Below, piece by piece: positions 38,774 through 50,550 of a DNA stretch of 64,000 nucleotides (within the stretch, counting starts at the first letter, position 1; each line of letters opens with the position of its first letter). The stretch is from Octopus sinensis (Eukaryota). The notes beneath the pieces are model-generated. The model was not told the origin of the DNA. It did no database searches and saw only the letters and a list, made by a program, of their open reading frames with translations. The translations under genes were made by a program, and so were the position numbers. The DNA lies in contig NC_043006.1 of assembly GCF_006345805.1 (NCBI RefSeq), positions 69,378,001-69,442,000 of the forward strand. Direction: 5' to 3'.

Positions 38774-39880
38774 CAGGATACGATGGGTGAATTGTCACAA
38801 TTTTGTATTTCAATTTCGCGCATGCACATTGTTTTTTTTTTATTTTGTCGACAGTATAGTAGGGTCAGCAGGGCACCGTATGTGAGAAAAACAGCACCTT
38901 GACGCAATTCATTCTACCAGAAATTTAGAAACGACATGCTGTACTGCTGGACGTTCGCACCTGAAGCTCATATGCGAACATTTCAGAGTGCTTGGGTAGC
39001 AATCTTAGTGCTTGCCGTCTCTCCAAAACATGCACTCACAGTGATAAAAATCAAACATCAAGTCAACATCACGGTGTTTGGAGTGATCACTAGTGATGGC
39101 GACGTTATGCTTCCATTCATCTTCCCACACGGCTCCAGTCTCAACACGGAGGCCTACAACACATGTGCCTGGAGAAGGCAGTGCTGTCCTGGATCAAGAG
39201 GGTGGTTGTTGGGAGACTCTAAATCTGGTAATAGGACTCTGGATTGGAAGCACTCCGTCGGTTACGACGATGAGGGTTCCGGTTGATCCGAATCAACGGA
39301 ACAGCCTGCTCGTGAAATTAACGTGTAAGTGGCTGAGCACTCCACAGACACGTGTACCCTTAACGTAGTTCTCGGAGATATTCAGCGTGACACAGAGAGT
39401 GACAAGGCTGGCCCTTTGAAATACAGGCACAACAGAAACAGGAAGTAAGAGTGAGAGAAAGTTGTGGTGAAAGAGTACAGCAGGGATCACCACCATCCCT
39501 GCCAGAGCCTCGTGGAGCTTTAGGTGTTTTCGCTCAATAAACACTCACAACGCCCGGTCTGGGAATCGAAACCGCAATCCTATGACCGCGAGTCCGCTGC
39601 CCTAACCACTGGGCCATTGCGCCTCCACTAATAGGACTCTATACCATGCCACGCAAGCAGGAGAACCCAATCATGGCTATCAGGTAATTTCTGCGACCAC
39701 ATCACCGCTAACTCCCCAGACTGCAACTCCCTTGATTATTATGTGTGAGGTGCAGTTGAAGGGAAGGATTATGGCAGCATTCACCAACTTAAGGCAAGGA
39801 GACCCTATAGAAGAGTTGCAGGAGATTCCGAAGTCTTCTGCAAGCCGTGGTTCAAGCCAATGACGATTTTATTGAATAGA
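38774..39880 (+). mobile_element. Decayed Tc1/mariner (maT-like) transposon interrupted by a SINE
   Basis: KIKHQVNITVFGVITSDGDVMLPFIFPHG, then after the SINE NSPDCNSLDYYV, ending NDDFIE*. Confidence 0.85.
39241..39628 (-). mobile_element. Full-length tRNA-SINE family C with 12-bp TSD
   Basis: TSD TAATAGGACTCT at 39229-39240 and 39629-39640. A box TGGCCCAGTGG and B box GGTTTCGATTCC on the minus strand. Confidence 0.93.
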
Positions 39881-39899
39881 TTTACTCTTTAATACACAC

Positions 39900-40315
39900 T
39901 TTTACTTATTTCAGTCATTTGACTGCAGCCATGCTGGAGCACCACATTTAGTAAAGGAACTCGACCCCAAGACTTATTCTTTGTAAGCCTAGTACTTATT
40001 CTACCGGTCTCTTTTGCCGAACCGCTAACTTACGAGGACGTAAACACACCAGCATCGGTTGTCAAGCGATGTTGGGGAGGGGACAAACACAAACATACAC
40101 ATACACACACACACATATATATATATATATATTTCTACATATACATATATACGACGGGCTTCTTTCAGTTTCCGCCTACTAAATCCTCTAACAAGACTTA
40201 GGTCTGCCCGAGTCTATAGTAGAAGACCCTTGCCTAAGGTGCTACGCAGTGGGACTGAACCCGGAACCATGTAGTCGGTAAGCAAGCTACTTACCACACA
40301 GCCACTCCTGCGCCT
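39900..40315 (-). mobile_element. Near full-length tRNA-SINE family A
   Basis: Tail, body, internal (CA)(TA) tract and head are all present. Confidence 0.9.
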
Positions 40316-40424
40316 ATATATGAAGATTTTTTTAAGTAAGTTTGGTAAATATATCTGTCAAAATGAGATGTCAGTATTATTTTCATTCTTGCGTTATTTA
40401 GACAACAGTTTATTCACCGCACCC

Positions 40425-40460
<36 letters not shown>

Positions 40461-40491
40461 TGTATGTATGTATGTATGTATGTATGTATGT

Positions 40492-40552
<61 letters not shown>

Positions 40553-40723
40553 TATATATAGTGGTCGTATACTGTCAACTCAATGTGACAGTCCCGTAAG
40601 GGAATTACACCACCGCCATTTAGCCCTAAGAAACATCGACGTCTCCTGTCGGCTTTGACACATTTTCTGTGTCCTTATATTTGCAAAGGGGAGGCAATCA
40701 CCCTCGCAAGCTGGAACAAGGCA

Positions 40724-40769
40724 CCTGAAGACATATGTTTCTGAGTGTATTGCTCATCGTCAGTTCAGG
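40724..40769 (-). ncRNA. Type I hammerhead ribozyme, intact
   Basis: Exact reverse complement of 40964-41009. Confidence 0.88.
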
Positions 40770-40963
40770 GTAGCCTGCCTCGCTCGCTGAGATGACTGCA
40801 ACCTCTCTGCAAATATATCATATTATCAGTAAAATTTATTTACTGATCACCGAAATTAGAAATATTGAATTTCTAAATGTCTCAGAGAGACATAAGCTGT
40901 GGTGAAGCGATATAGTGGTCATATACTGTCAACTCAGTCATCTCAGCGAACGAGGCAGGCTAC

Positions 40964-41009
40964 CCTGAACTGACGATGAGCAATACACTCAGAAACATAT
41001 GTCTTCAGG
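40964..41009 (+). ncRNA. Type I hammerhead ribozyme, intact
   Basis: ccugaa CUGACGA ugag caauaca cuca GAA ACAUAUGU C uucagg. Perfect 6-bp stem I, 4-bp stem II, palindromic stem III, GUC site (cut after 41003). Confidence 0.9.
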
Positions 41010-41225
41010 TGCCTTGTCCCGGCTTGCGGGGGTGATTGCCTCCCCTTTGCAAATATAAGGGCACAGAATATGTGTCAAAGCCGACAGGAGACGTCGATGT
41101 TTCCTAGGGCTAAATGGCGGTGGTGTAATTCCCTTTACGGGTCTGTCACATTGAGTTGACAGTATACGACCACTATATCGCTTCACCACCGCTTATGTCT
41201 CTCTGAGACATTTAGAAATTCAATA

Positions 41226-41267
<42 letters not shown>

Positions 41268-41493
41268 GAAATATTAAAATAACTAAGTCTCTCTAAAAGA
41301 GAACAGCGGCAGCGTTCCCGGAAAATAATAGTTATCGCCATACTAATATGGCTTTCTTATAAAAATAAGAAAAAAGCTGTTCGCTTATTAGCTCCATGAG
41401 GCCATCGCCTTAAGTTAGCTATTTGATACACAAACTGTATCCATATAACCTTCGAACAAGGGAGGTCAGTCGCTCCACACTACTTGACCGGCA

Positions 41494-41535
41494 GCTACAG
41501 ACGCGTTTCGGGGTATTGCCCCTTTTCAATGCAGC
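41494..41535 (-). ncRNA. Minimal type I hammerhead, U3:A8 core variant
   Basis: gcugca UUGAAAA gggg caaua cccc GAA ACGCGU C uguagc. Stem I 6 bp, stem II 4 bp, palindromic stem III, GUC site. Confidence 0.82.
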
Positions 41536-41854
41536 GTAGCCAGCCAGTAGGTGTCGCTTCCGACAATCTCTGTTCGATGGTTTTATTTACCTAGTTTCGG
41601 TGGAATACATCCACTTGTTTTCAATAATAGAAATATTAAAATAACTAAGTCTCTCTAAAAGAGAACAGCGGCAGCGTTCCGGAAAATAATAGTTATCGCC
41701 ATACTAATATGGCTTTCTTATAAAAATAAGAAAAAAGCTGTCCGCTTATTAGCTCCATGAGGCCATCGCCTTAAGTTAGCTATTTGATACACAAACTGTA
41801 TCCATATAACCTTCGAACAAGGGAGGTCAGTCGCTCCACACTACTTGACCGGCA

Positions 41855-41896
41855 GCTACAGACGCGTTTCGGGGTATTGCCCCTTTTCAATGCAGC
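41855..41896 (-). ncRNA. Minimal type I hammerhead, U3:A8 core variant
   Basis: Identical to 41494-41535. Confidence 0.82.
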
Positions 41897-42215
41897 GTAG
41901 CCAGCCAGTAGGTGTCGCTTCCGACATCTCTGTTCGATGGTTTTATTTACCTAGTTTCGGTGGAATACATCCACTTGTTTTCAATAATAGAAATATTAAA
42001 ATAACTAAGTCTCTCTAAAAGAGAACAGCGGCAGCGTTCCCGGAAAATAATAGTTATCGCCATACTAATATGGCTTTCTTATAAAAATAAGAAAAAAGCT
42101 GTCCGCTTATTAGCTCCATGAGGCCATCGCCTTAAGTTAGCTATTTGATACACAAACTGTATCCATATAACCTTCGAACAAAGGAGGTCAGTCGCTCCAC
42201 ACTACTTGACCGGCA

Positions 42216-42257
42216 GCTACAGACGCGTTTCGGGGTATTGCCCCTTTTCAATGCAGC
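42216..42257 (-). ncRNA. Minimal type I hammerhead, U3:A8 core variant
   Basis: Identical to 41494-41535; the array ends 3 nt beyond its stem I. Confidence 0.82.
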
Positions 42258-42750
42258 GTATGTATGTATGTATGTATGTATGTATGTATGTATGTATGTA
42301 CGTATGTATGTATGAATGCATGTATGTGTATGTGTGGTGGGGTGCAAAAGTAGTAACCGTGGTAAAACGAGTAATTTCTGATTTCCCGTTATTTTCTCAA
42401 CTGTTCAAAATCATTACATTGCCAGTATTGCATCAATTTCAGGTGCAAAAATTGGTCGGCATAGTTGTTGTTGTTGTTGAGGTGGAGATAGTTTGGAACA
42501 AAGCCAGGTAACAGGTATTTTTTGTTTTTCAAGAAATTCTCCCTCAACTGGATATTTTATTTGCAACCTTTCTGCCATGTTATATTACATCAAATCCAAA
42601 ATGAAACAATCTGTGACAATAACAAGTAGAATTCCTGTGAGTCTGTATCAAGAGTTCGCAACTATTTTTTAAAATTCAGTTCTATATTTAAGAGATGAGG
42701 AATTATGTACATTATTTACATTTCACGGATATTTGTTCTCATCTTGACAC

Positions 42751-42821
42751 GGGTATATGGCGTAGTGGTTAAGAGCGCTGGCTAACCCCATGATTCCAAG
42801 TTCGATTCCAGGCAGTGACCC

Positions 42822-42857
<36 letters not shown>

Positions 42858-43013
42858 TAATAACAACATCGAAAAATACCTTAGGAATAAGAGCCCAGGT
42901 TCGAAGTTTCCCCAAGACACCTGATTAAGGCTGGAGGTTATATCAGCCGAAACGTTGTGTTAACAACAAACAAGATGAGGACAAATATTCATCAAATCTA
43001 AATAATGTAAACA
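42751..43013 (+). mobile_element. tRNA-headed SINE carrying a hammerhead motif
   Basis: A box TGGCGTAGTGG at 42758-42768, B box GTTCGATTCC at 42800-42809, (AAT)n, HHR at 42916-42961, then a tail. An inverted copy of the tail precedes it at 42678-42745. Confidence 0.85.
42916..42961 (+). ncRNA. Minimal hammerhead motif (G8U lesion)
   Basis: gacac CUGAUUA a ggcug gagguuauau cagcc GAA ACGU U guguu. Confidence 0.72.
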
Positions 43014-43629
43014 TTTCTTTTATTTATGAACTCATGTGATTACTATTTTATTGTGGTGTACCCTCTCCCTAGCCATTCGATGTTCAAAAACTAATGTAAT
43101 AGATACTTTTTTCAAAATTCCTATTTTGCTTTTCATATATTAACTTTTGTAGGTTGAACTATGTAAAATGTCAGAGAAAGAAACCTCAGTTCTTGCAATA
43201 CATACAATATATACATCTAAAGAAAAATTTTTTCAGGGGCCCTTAAAACATTATTGTGGATCCACAATTTACTATTTTGTTGCGTGGACCCCAAAAAATC
43301 TTATATGGGCCATTAAGGGGCCATATGAACACAGGTTGAGAACCGCTGGTTTATATGACTGGAGTGTTCAGGCTTTCCACTTTGGTTTATAATTCATTGA
43401 TCATTAGTCCAACTCTCGCCGATGTAGTTATGCAAGTTACTGAGGACTACAAACGAACGTGTATTCCCACTGAAAGTCCGAACATGAACCTTGCTTGTTC
43501 TCCCAGGAGAGCATTTTCCGAATTTGTCCGGTGTGGTCGGCATTTGTGAGGATGTGGTGAACTCGTTAATCGAACCAGGCTCAACTCACTCCGAGTGACT
43601 ACCGCTGCATATACAAGTAAATAAATGTG

Positions 43630-43810
43630 CAGTTCTATATGTAAGAGATGAGGAATTATGTACATTATTAACATTATTTATATTTGATGGATATTTGTCC
43701 TCATCTAGTTTGTTGTTAACACAACATTTCGGCTGATATACCCTCCAGCCTTCATCAAGTGTCTTGGGGAAATTTCGAACCTAGGTTCTCGTTCCTAAGG
43801 TATTTTTCGA

Positions 43811-43868
<58 letters not shown>

Positions 43869-43945
43869 TAGGTCACTGCCTGGAATCGAACTCGGAATCT
43901 TGGGGTTAGTAGTCCGCGCTCTTAACCACTATGCTATATGCCCAC
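43630..43945 (-). mobile_element. Second copy of the tRNA-SINE/HHR element
   Basis: Reverse-complement homologue of 42751-43013 with a longer tail. Confidence 0.87.
43718..43763 (-). ncRNA. Minimal hammerhead motif (C3U lesion)
   Basis: gacac UUGAUGA a ggcug gaggguauau cagcc GAA AUGU U guguu. Confidence 0.72.
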
Positions 43946-44199
43946 GGACATAATAATAATCATTTCTTAAAAGTTCAATGTTGTCTGCTATGTTGTCTAC
44001 AGTTATTAATGATAACCATTAGACTGTTCCTTCCTGACAATGTATCCGTATTCTTGTTGAAATATATATATTACATAGTCTTCGAACATTATGAAGAGCA
44101 ACTCTCTGGTGATGCCTGAAAATATCTAAGATCTTCTGTTGCTACGAATACAAGATACAAGCATTAGTTTTCGTATATAAGGGTATATTAACGTTGATG

Positions 44200-45000
44200 A
44201 ATTCGATATTTCATAGGAACTTAGGATATTTCGACTGGGTGCCTTGCTAAGAGTTAAACTGTCTTAAGAAAAGTCCACAAAGGCTATCACAAGATTGTGT
44301 TCTCTTGTGAAGCAGCCATCGATAAATATTCTTAATGATAGTATTTTGCTTCGTAGCATAACTGTCTGGCCTAGAGCCAGACTGAAAATTTAGAATTAAT
44401 TCCTGATTTCTTGTACATAGCTTGAATAGCACTCGATTAAAGATGTGTGATAATCTTCTTTGATTTTCTGGAACATTGCTATTTCCTGTCTTGGTGAATG
44501 CTACTATTACAGACTTTCTCCATTCTTCTGCCAGGTTATCTGCAATGATTATGGAATTAATAATTGGCATAAGAAAAAAATCTGTAGCAGATCTGATGGA
44601 ATTCCGTCTGGTCGAGCAGGTTTTCGACAAACAGTTTTACTTGTCGCTGCTTGTAATTCTTCTTATCAATTGGTTCAGTGAATCTTTGAGATGAATTAGA
44701 TAGATCGCTTATCGGTTCCATACTGCAGATAGTTGTTGGAACATTTAATAATTTGTTGTTACTATTGAGATTCGTTTTATTTTCTTACCATTAATCTTGT
44801 CAATACCTTTCCATATCGGCCGTTTTCTTCCAGATTCAGGGACCTGCATAATTTCTCTAATTCTTCTATTATTTCTTCTTCTTGTCCATCATAGTTTTTA
44901 ACTAATACTTTGAGCTTTAAAAAATCGTTCAGACATATTTTAAATGCCTTCTTGCTTGAATTACTCCCCAATTGCTATTCTATAAACACTGATTTGGCTC
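44200..45000 (-). mobile_element. Decayed LINE RT fragment (RTE-like)
   Basis: ORF 44247-44630 has EEWRKSVIVAFTKTG..PEN and FQSGSRPD, degenerate RT domain 0-2 motifs. Confidence 0.7.
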
Positions 45001-45239
45001 TAGGTATCGTTTTGAAAACAGTTTATCGGTACTGTGTTTTATTGATTTAATAGACGTCACAATTCCAAGTTTTAAAGAATATTGTTGAAACATTTCACAC
45101 AAAAAATATTACGTAATGCAGGCCAGCAATTTATTTTTCCAGATGTTCTACTTCTGGTAGGATCAGATCAGACGCCCTTTGATCTTGTGTCTTAATATAC
45201 TTTTCTTTCTACTATAGGTACATGGCTTGGCGTTTTAGG

Positions 45240-45415
45240 GGATCAACTGGTACTTGAGCCCGCTAGGGCTCAACCGGTACTTAAGTTGTCACGCCTGAAT
45301 GGATGAAACGTAAAGTCGACCTCGGTGGAATTTGAAACCAGAATGTAAAAAATCGGAAAAATGCCGCTAAGCATTTTGACCGATTGACTAACGATCCAAC
45401 GAACTCGCTTCCCGC
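45240..45415 (-). mobile_element. tRNA-SINE family B, degenerate
   Basis: aaagtcgacctcggtggaatttgaaac..gccgctaagcattttg. Confidence 0.75.
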
Positions 45416-46290
45416 GTCTTAATGGTAGTCACTGGTCATTGCCAGCGTTGTGGTGAAGAGATGTAACCCAAACTGGCTTTGTCTCCTTCATGATCAAAGA
45501 ATGTCATAAAGCTATATAGATTTTATCGAAAAGCAATATTCAGATTAACTGGTGAAGACAAAGTAATGCGTTCTACAATGTCTCGAAGCATTTGAACATA
45601 TTGAGATGGGGATTTTACGCAATGTCTACATCCATGCCCGACAATGATAAGAAGATCACGATGATGTGTTTTGTTGAGACATACGTAACAGCAATGAAAT
45701 CAATGCTACATTGCTTCTGCTGTTTTCAGTGGGTTTATTGCGCAAATATTATATAACACCTTGTCCATCAAGTTCAAATGACTTTAGTATGACGCAGAAA
45801 TGAAGATTAGTAAGAAAACTAAACCATTTGGAAAACCAGTAGGTTCAGGGCGCCTATACGGACTGAAAGGCCGCCTATACGGACTATATGCTCACTTCCA
45901 TTTCCTTCATTAGTTGGAGTGTTTTGGTCAGTTATCCTACAATATCAGAGCTCTGTTCACTTGAATAATGGAATTAAAAATATTTAAAATGCACAAATAA
46001 AGCAGTCGTTTTTATATCTTTACAGTTTCAGTTGACCAATCAGAGACCCACAGCAGTCGGTATATTTCCACTTGTCATGGTGACGGGTAATAATTTGTTT
46101 GTACTTAACGACTTATTTTTCCTGGAACTATTTCTTCGTCAGAACATTTTTCATAGTAACGGATTATTATTTTCAATATGTAGTGAACAGAATACAAAAA
46201 TAGACGAGGTAAAGTTCATTGGTTTTACCAAGGCGTAGATTTTCTTTGAGGAGATATTGAAAAGATTTAAAATCATAAATCCAAATTTGT

Positions 46291-46321
<31 letters not shown>

Positions 46322-46404
46322 TACATACATACATACATACATACACATTTATATCTATATCTATATCTATCTATTTATCTATCTATCTATCAATCAATCA
46401 ATCA

Positions 46405-46530
<126 letters not shown>

Positions 46531-46852
46531 CACACACAGAAAAAGAGGGAAAAAGGGAGAGAAAGAAACAGAGCGAAAGAGAGAGAGAGGTGAGTTCGTG
46601 TGTGTGTGATATATATGTGTTTGTCTAAAATGGTGACGAACACCATTCCTCCATGTGATCGGCTTGAAAAATTGTTACGATATCAAGATAGTTTCCTACT
46701 TTTCGTAACATGAAACCAATAGTAGTCTTAATTCACGAATAAAGAAATTATATCCGCCAATGAAATGTTGAGAACTCATTTTCAACGTTCGACATTTACG
46801 TGGTGTATATATATATATATTATATATATATATATATTATATATATATATAT

Positions 46853-46886
<34 letters not shown>

Positions 46887-46888
46887 AT

Positions 46889-47015
<127 letters not shown>

Positions 47016-47239
47016 ATCCATCTATAGATAAATTCATACATATAGACTTACATATATATCTATGTACACATGCATATATGGGTACAAGACGTCAAAAAAC
47101 GTAAACATGAACGAGAACATGAAATACAAAAACATGGAAAACGAACTTTTTTTGCGACCAACGAAAGAAACAAATAAATAAAAAACATGACAGGCAATAT
47201 GAAGGACAGTCCCCTCATCAGTTGCCCACTGTTTTATCT

Positions 47240-47288
47240 ACTGCGCATTTCGAGCTTTGGGACAAGATGCGTCTTCGTCAAAACAGTT
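47240..47288 (-). ncRNA. Highly degenerate hammerhead-like motif
   Basis: Minus strand UUGACGA a gac..gcuc GAAA ugcg; resembles the 36926 family. Confidence 0.35.
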
Positions 47289-47599
47289 ACTCCTGCAAAG
47301 CAAATTAAATAAAATTTGTTTCTGTAGTAATGATATCGTCCGTCTCCGTCATTTTGTTAATACACCAACACATACCTCTCAATATCACTCTCCTCCCACT
47401 ATCAATATACCTCTCTCTCCCTCCCTTTATATATCACTCCCACTATCACCAGCCGATCTCTGTTTCTCTCCCCTGTATCCCCTCTATCTTGATCTCTTTG
47501 TTTCTCTCTATTTGCACTTACTCAACTCCTAACCTCACCGACCTTATTCATTCTTTCTCTATTGCAACATCCCTTTATAATTACTAATGTTCTATCTCA

Positions 47600-48115
47600 C
47601 ACCAGCACTCTTTTTTAATTGTCCTCCCCTTCTTCATGCCTTTTTTACCGCTCTGTCTTTGTCTGTCTCTCTCTACCTGTCTCTCTCTACACCTCTCTCT
47701 TTCTCTCACGCTGTTCTCTTCATTCGCCTCTTCCTTCCACTCTCGACGCTCAGCTCTCTTTCATCACTTTCCCATTTACTATTCTTCTCACAGCTTTCTT
47801 CTTCTTCTTCTTCTTCTCTTCTTCTTCTTCTTCTTCTTCTTCTCTTCTCTCTCTCCCTATCTCTCTCTCTCACTCTCTCTCTCTCATTCTCACTCTCACT
47901 CTCTCTTCCTCTCTCTTCCTTCTCTATTTGCTTATGTGTTTCTTCAGAATTCTCTCTTACTCCATCAGCTCTCACAACTCTCTCCATAAACACACACACA
48001 CACACACACAGACATATTCACACACCTACAAACACACAAGCACAAGTTCACGCACACACATATACACAAATACACACACATACATACACATTCACACACA
48101 CATATACGCATACAC
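47600..48115. repeat. Polypyrimidine (CT)/(CTT) tract and (CA)n
   Basis: Read directly. Confidence 0.9.
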
Positions 48116-48450
48116 TATAGTTATGATTTTCCTACATATCTGTTGCCTATACGAATTTCTTTGACAGCTAAATTAGGGTTGTGGGAAATTTCTTGCTACA
48201 CAAATGTAATTTGTTCGTAGAATTCGGAATGGAAATCCGCAATTCTCTTCTTCATTTTGTGTCCCATTTTTATTGACTTTTCTTCACGTTTATCTACTGT
48301 TTTTGAGTTGTTTCTTTTTCTTCATATCTGTTACTTCCCTTCACGCGACGTCATTGATCTCTTTGGGGAAATAAAATACGCACTGAATTATATTCGCCAT
48401 AGTGATTAGTAAAGCTATCACTTTCTCCGCTTGTCACTCACTTATTCTCT

Positions 48451-48492
<42 letters not shown>

Positions 48493-49014
48493 CGTATTTC
48501 TTAACCTCTCCTTCGTGTTCTTTTACTAAGCATGCACATGACAGAAAAAAAAATGCGAGGGCAGAGAGTGGAGCGATGATATAGTAAAGGAATAGAGCAC
48601 GTCAAAAAATTAAAGGCGGCCATTTTTAAAGGAGAAGGAAGTGATGTAATAGTATCATTTACAGTGAGTTGAAATACTTTCCATTTTGTATATTAAGTAC
48701 CGACGAGGAATGCGGTCTGAAACGGTTGAAATGTGTGAAGTTGTTCGCATATTCGCGTGATAAGTTGCCATAGAGATAACAACGTAATTTCCTTTTTGGA
48801 GATTGCAAATTCAATGCTCGTTCAAAAGTAACCGTAAGGTATAGAGGTTTTATTAGTGCAGACAACTATAAACATACAGACACGAATAAATATGCAGACA
48901 CGAATGTGTACACGTTTGCATGTGCAATCGAATATGCATATATATAAAGACATACGCACGTTTACACATGCACAGATTCATTCACACACCTTTTAAGATA
49001 TGTGCTAATATTTC

Positions 49015-49377
49015 TGCGCATGGCACCTTGGCCAAGTGTCTTCTAAATATAGCCTCGGGCCAACCAAAGGCTTGTGAGTGGATTTGGTAGACGGAAACTG
49101 AAAGAAGAACGTCGTATATATGTGTGTGTGTGTTGTGTGTGTGTGTGTGTGTGGTGTGTCTGTGTATGTTTGTGTGTATGTGTTTGTCTCCCCAATATCG
49201 CTTGACAACCGATGCTGGGGTGTTTACGTCCCCGTAACTTAGCGGTTCGGCAAAAGAGACCGATAGAATAAGTACTAGGCTTACAACGAATGAGTCCTGG
49301 GGTCGATTTGCTCGACTGAAGGCGGTGCTCCACTATGGCCACAGTCAAATGACTGAAACAATTAAAAGAGTAAAAGA

Positions 49378-49380
<3 letters not shown>
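49015..49380 (+). mobile_element. tRNA-SINE family A (head truncated)
   Basis: Body and tail ggcggtgctcc..cagtcaaatgactgaaac followed by (TAAAAGAG)n. Confidence 0.9.
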
Positions 49381-49424
<44 letters not shown>

Positions 49425-49426
<2 letters not shown>

Positions 49427-50095
49427 TGGAGTTGACAAATAAGTTCCCGCCATTTTTTTAAATTTTGGAATTTATTGTGTTTATGAATTTTGGAATCTAT
49501 TTTTCTCGAGAATTCTATTTTTAAATCATTTTGGAATCTATTTTTTTTCTAGTTAATTTTAGTTAATTTTTGTTTATTTTCAGATCATTAAAATGGAAAG
49601 CCAAGTAAAAAAAAACGAGCTTTTTCGACACCTCCTTCTTTTTGCTTTTAATCAAGGTTCTAGGGTTGCAAAAGCTGCTCACAATATTTGTGATGTGTAT
49701 GGAGAGGAGGCCATATCTGAAAGAACCACTAGTGATTGGTATGCCAAGTTCAAATATGGAAATTTTGACCTCAAAGATGCACTTCGTTCTGGCCGTCCAG
49801 TTGAGTTCGATGAAGAGCGATTAAATCAAACTTTTGCACGAAAATACTCGTCAAACGACAAGGAAACTGGCAGAGAAAATGGAATGCTCCCACACTGCTA
49901 TAGAGGAGCATCTTTACTCGATGGGAAAGATTCAGAAGTATGGAGCATGAGTTCCGCATGCTTTAAATGACAACAACAAAAATCAACGAGCCACAATCTC
50001 CGCTGGTTTGCGTGCGCGTCACCGCTGAATTCATGGACACAAGCAACGGTTTCTTTAACGAATCGTTACTGGCGACGAAAAATGGTGCTTTATTA
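49425..50095 (+). mobile_element. Truncated mariner transposon (HTH plus first catalytic motif)
   Basis: ORF 49593-49970 has LFRHLLLFAF..CDVYGEEAISERT..WYAKFKYGNFDLKDALRSGRP. RIVTGDEKW at 50059-50085 in another frame. Confidence 0.9.
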
Positions 50096-50132
50096 AACCT
50101 CTTAAAAAATTTAAATGAAAAATAAAACGGTG

Positions 50133-50163
<31 letters not shown>

Positions 50164-50293
50164 TATATTGAGGGTACTACTATTCATAGATACCAACACG
50201 CTAAGAGGGACCAATGCGGTCAAAACTACTAAAAATAAACAAAATTTTACCGAATGCAAAACTTCAAAACACATCATTTTAAAAAAGAATTCA

Positions 50294-50357
50294 GTTACAT
50301 ATCACATGTGATTTCGCATTTAATGCAGAATATGCATTTCCTGTTCGTCAGTGCAAC
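50294..50357 (-). ncRNA. Type I hammerhead ribozyme
   Basis: guugca CUGACGA [stem II] GAA AUCACAUGUGAU A uguaac. Perfect 12-nt palindrome, weak stem II base. Confidence 0.72.
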
Positions 50358-50550
50358 AAACTCAAGAAATATAAGAAAAAACATAACAAACATTACAAAC
50401 TCGATAGCCAACCGTAGAATTCGTCGTAGCATGTACGAATGTTCATTCGTACATGCTACGACGAATTCTACATTCGTACATGCTACGACGAATTCTACGG
50501 TTGGCTATCGAGTTTGTAATGTTATGTTTTTTCTTATATTTCTTGAGTTT

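Larger units (their letters stand above)
40558..41235. mobile_element. Fold-back non-autonomous HHR element (inverted pLTR-like) between (TA)n tracts
   Basis: 40558-40797 is the reverse complement of about 40937-41177, and about 40855-40936 is the reverse complement of about 41150-41233. The arms differ by several transitions. Confidence 0.88.
41262..42260 (-). mobile_element. Tandem array of ~361-bp HHR-containing units (about 2.8 copies), retrozyme/pLTR-like
   Basis: Units start at about 41262, 41624 and 41984, about 99% identical. Bounded by (TA)n and (TGTA)n, no ORF. Confidence 0.9.

Noticed and set aside
42751-42820. Genuine tRNA gene
   Set aside because: A and B boxes are present but there is no complete cloverleaf, and it continues into a repeated SINE body. 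The same holds for the other tRNA-like heads.
48590-48860. Promoter or first exon (YY1-like AAAATGGCCGCC on the minus strand, CpG-richer patch)
   Set aside because: A single short motif with no associated gene evidence.
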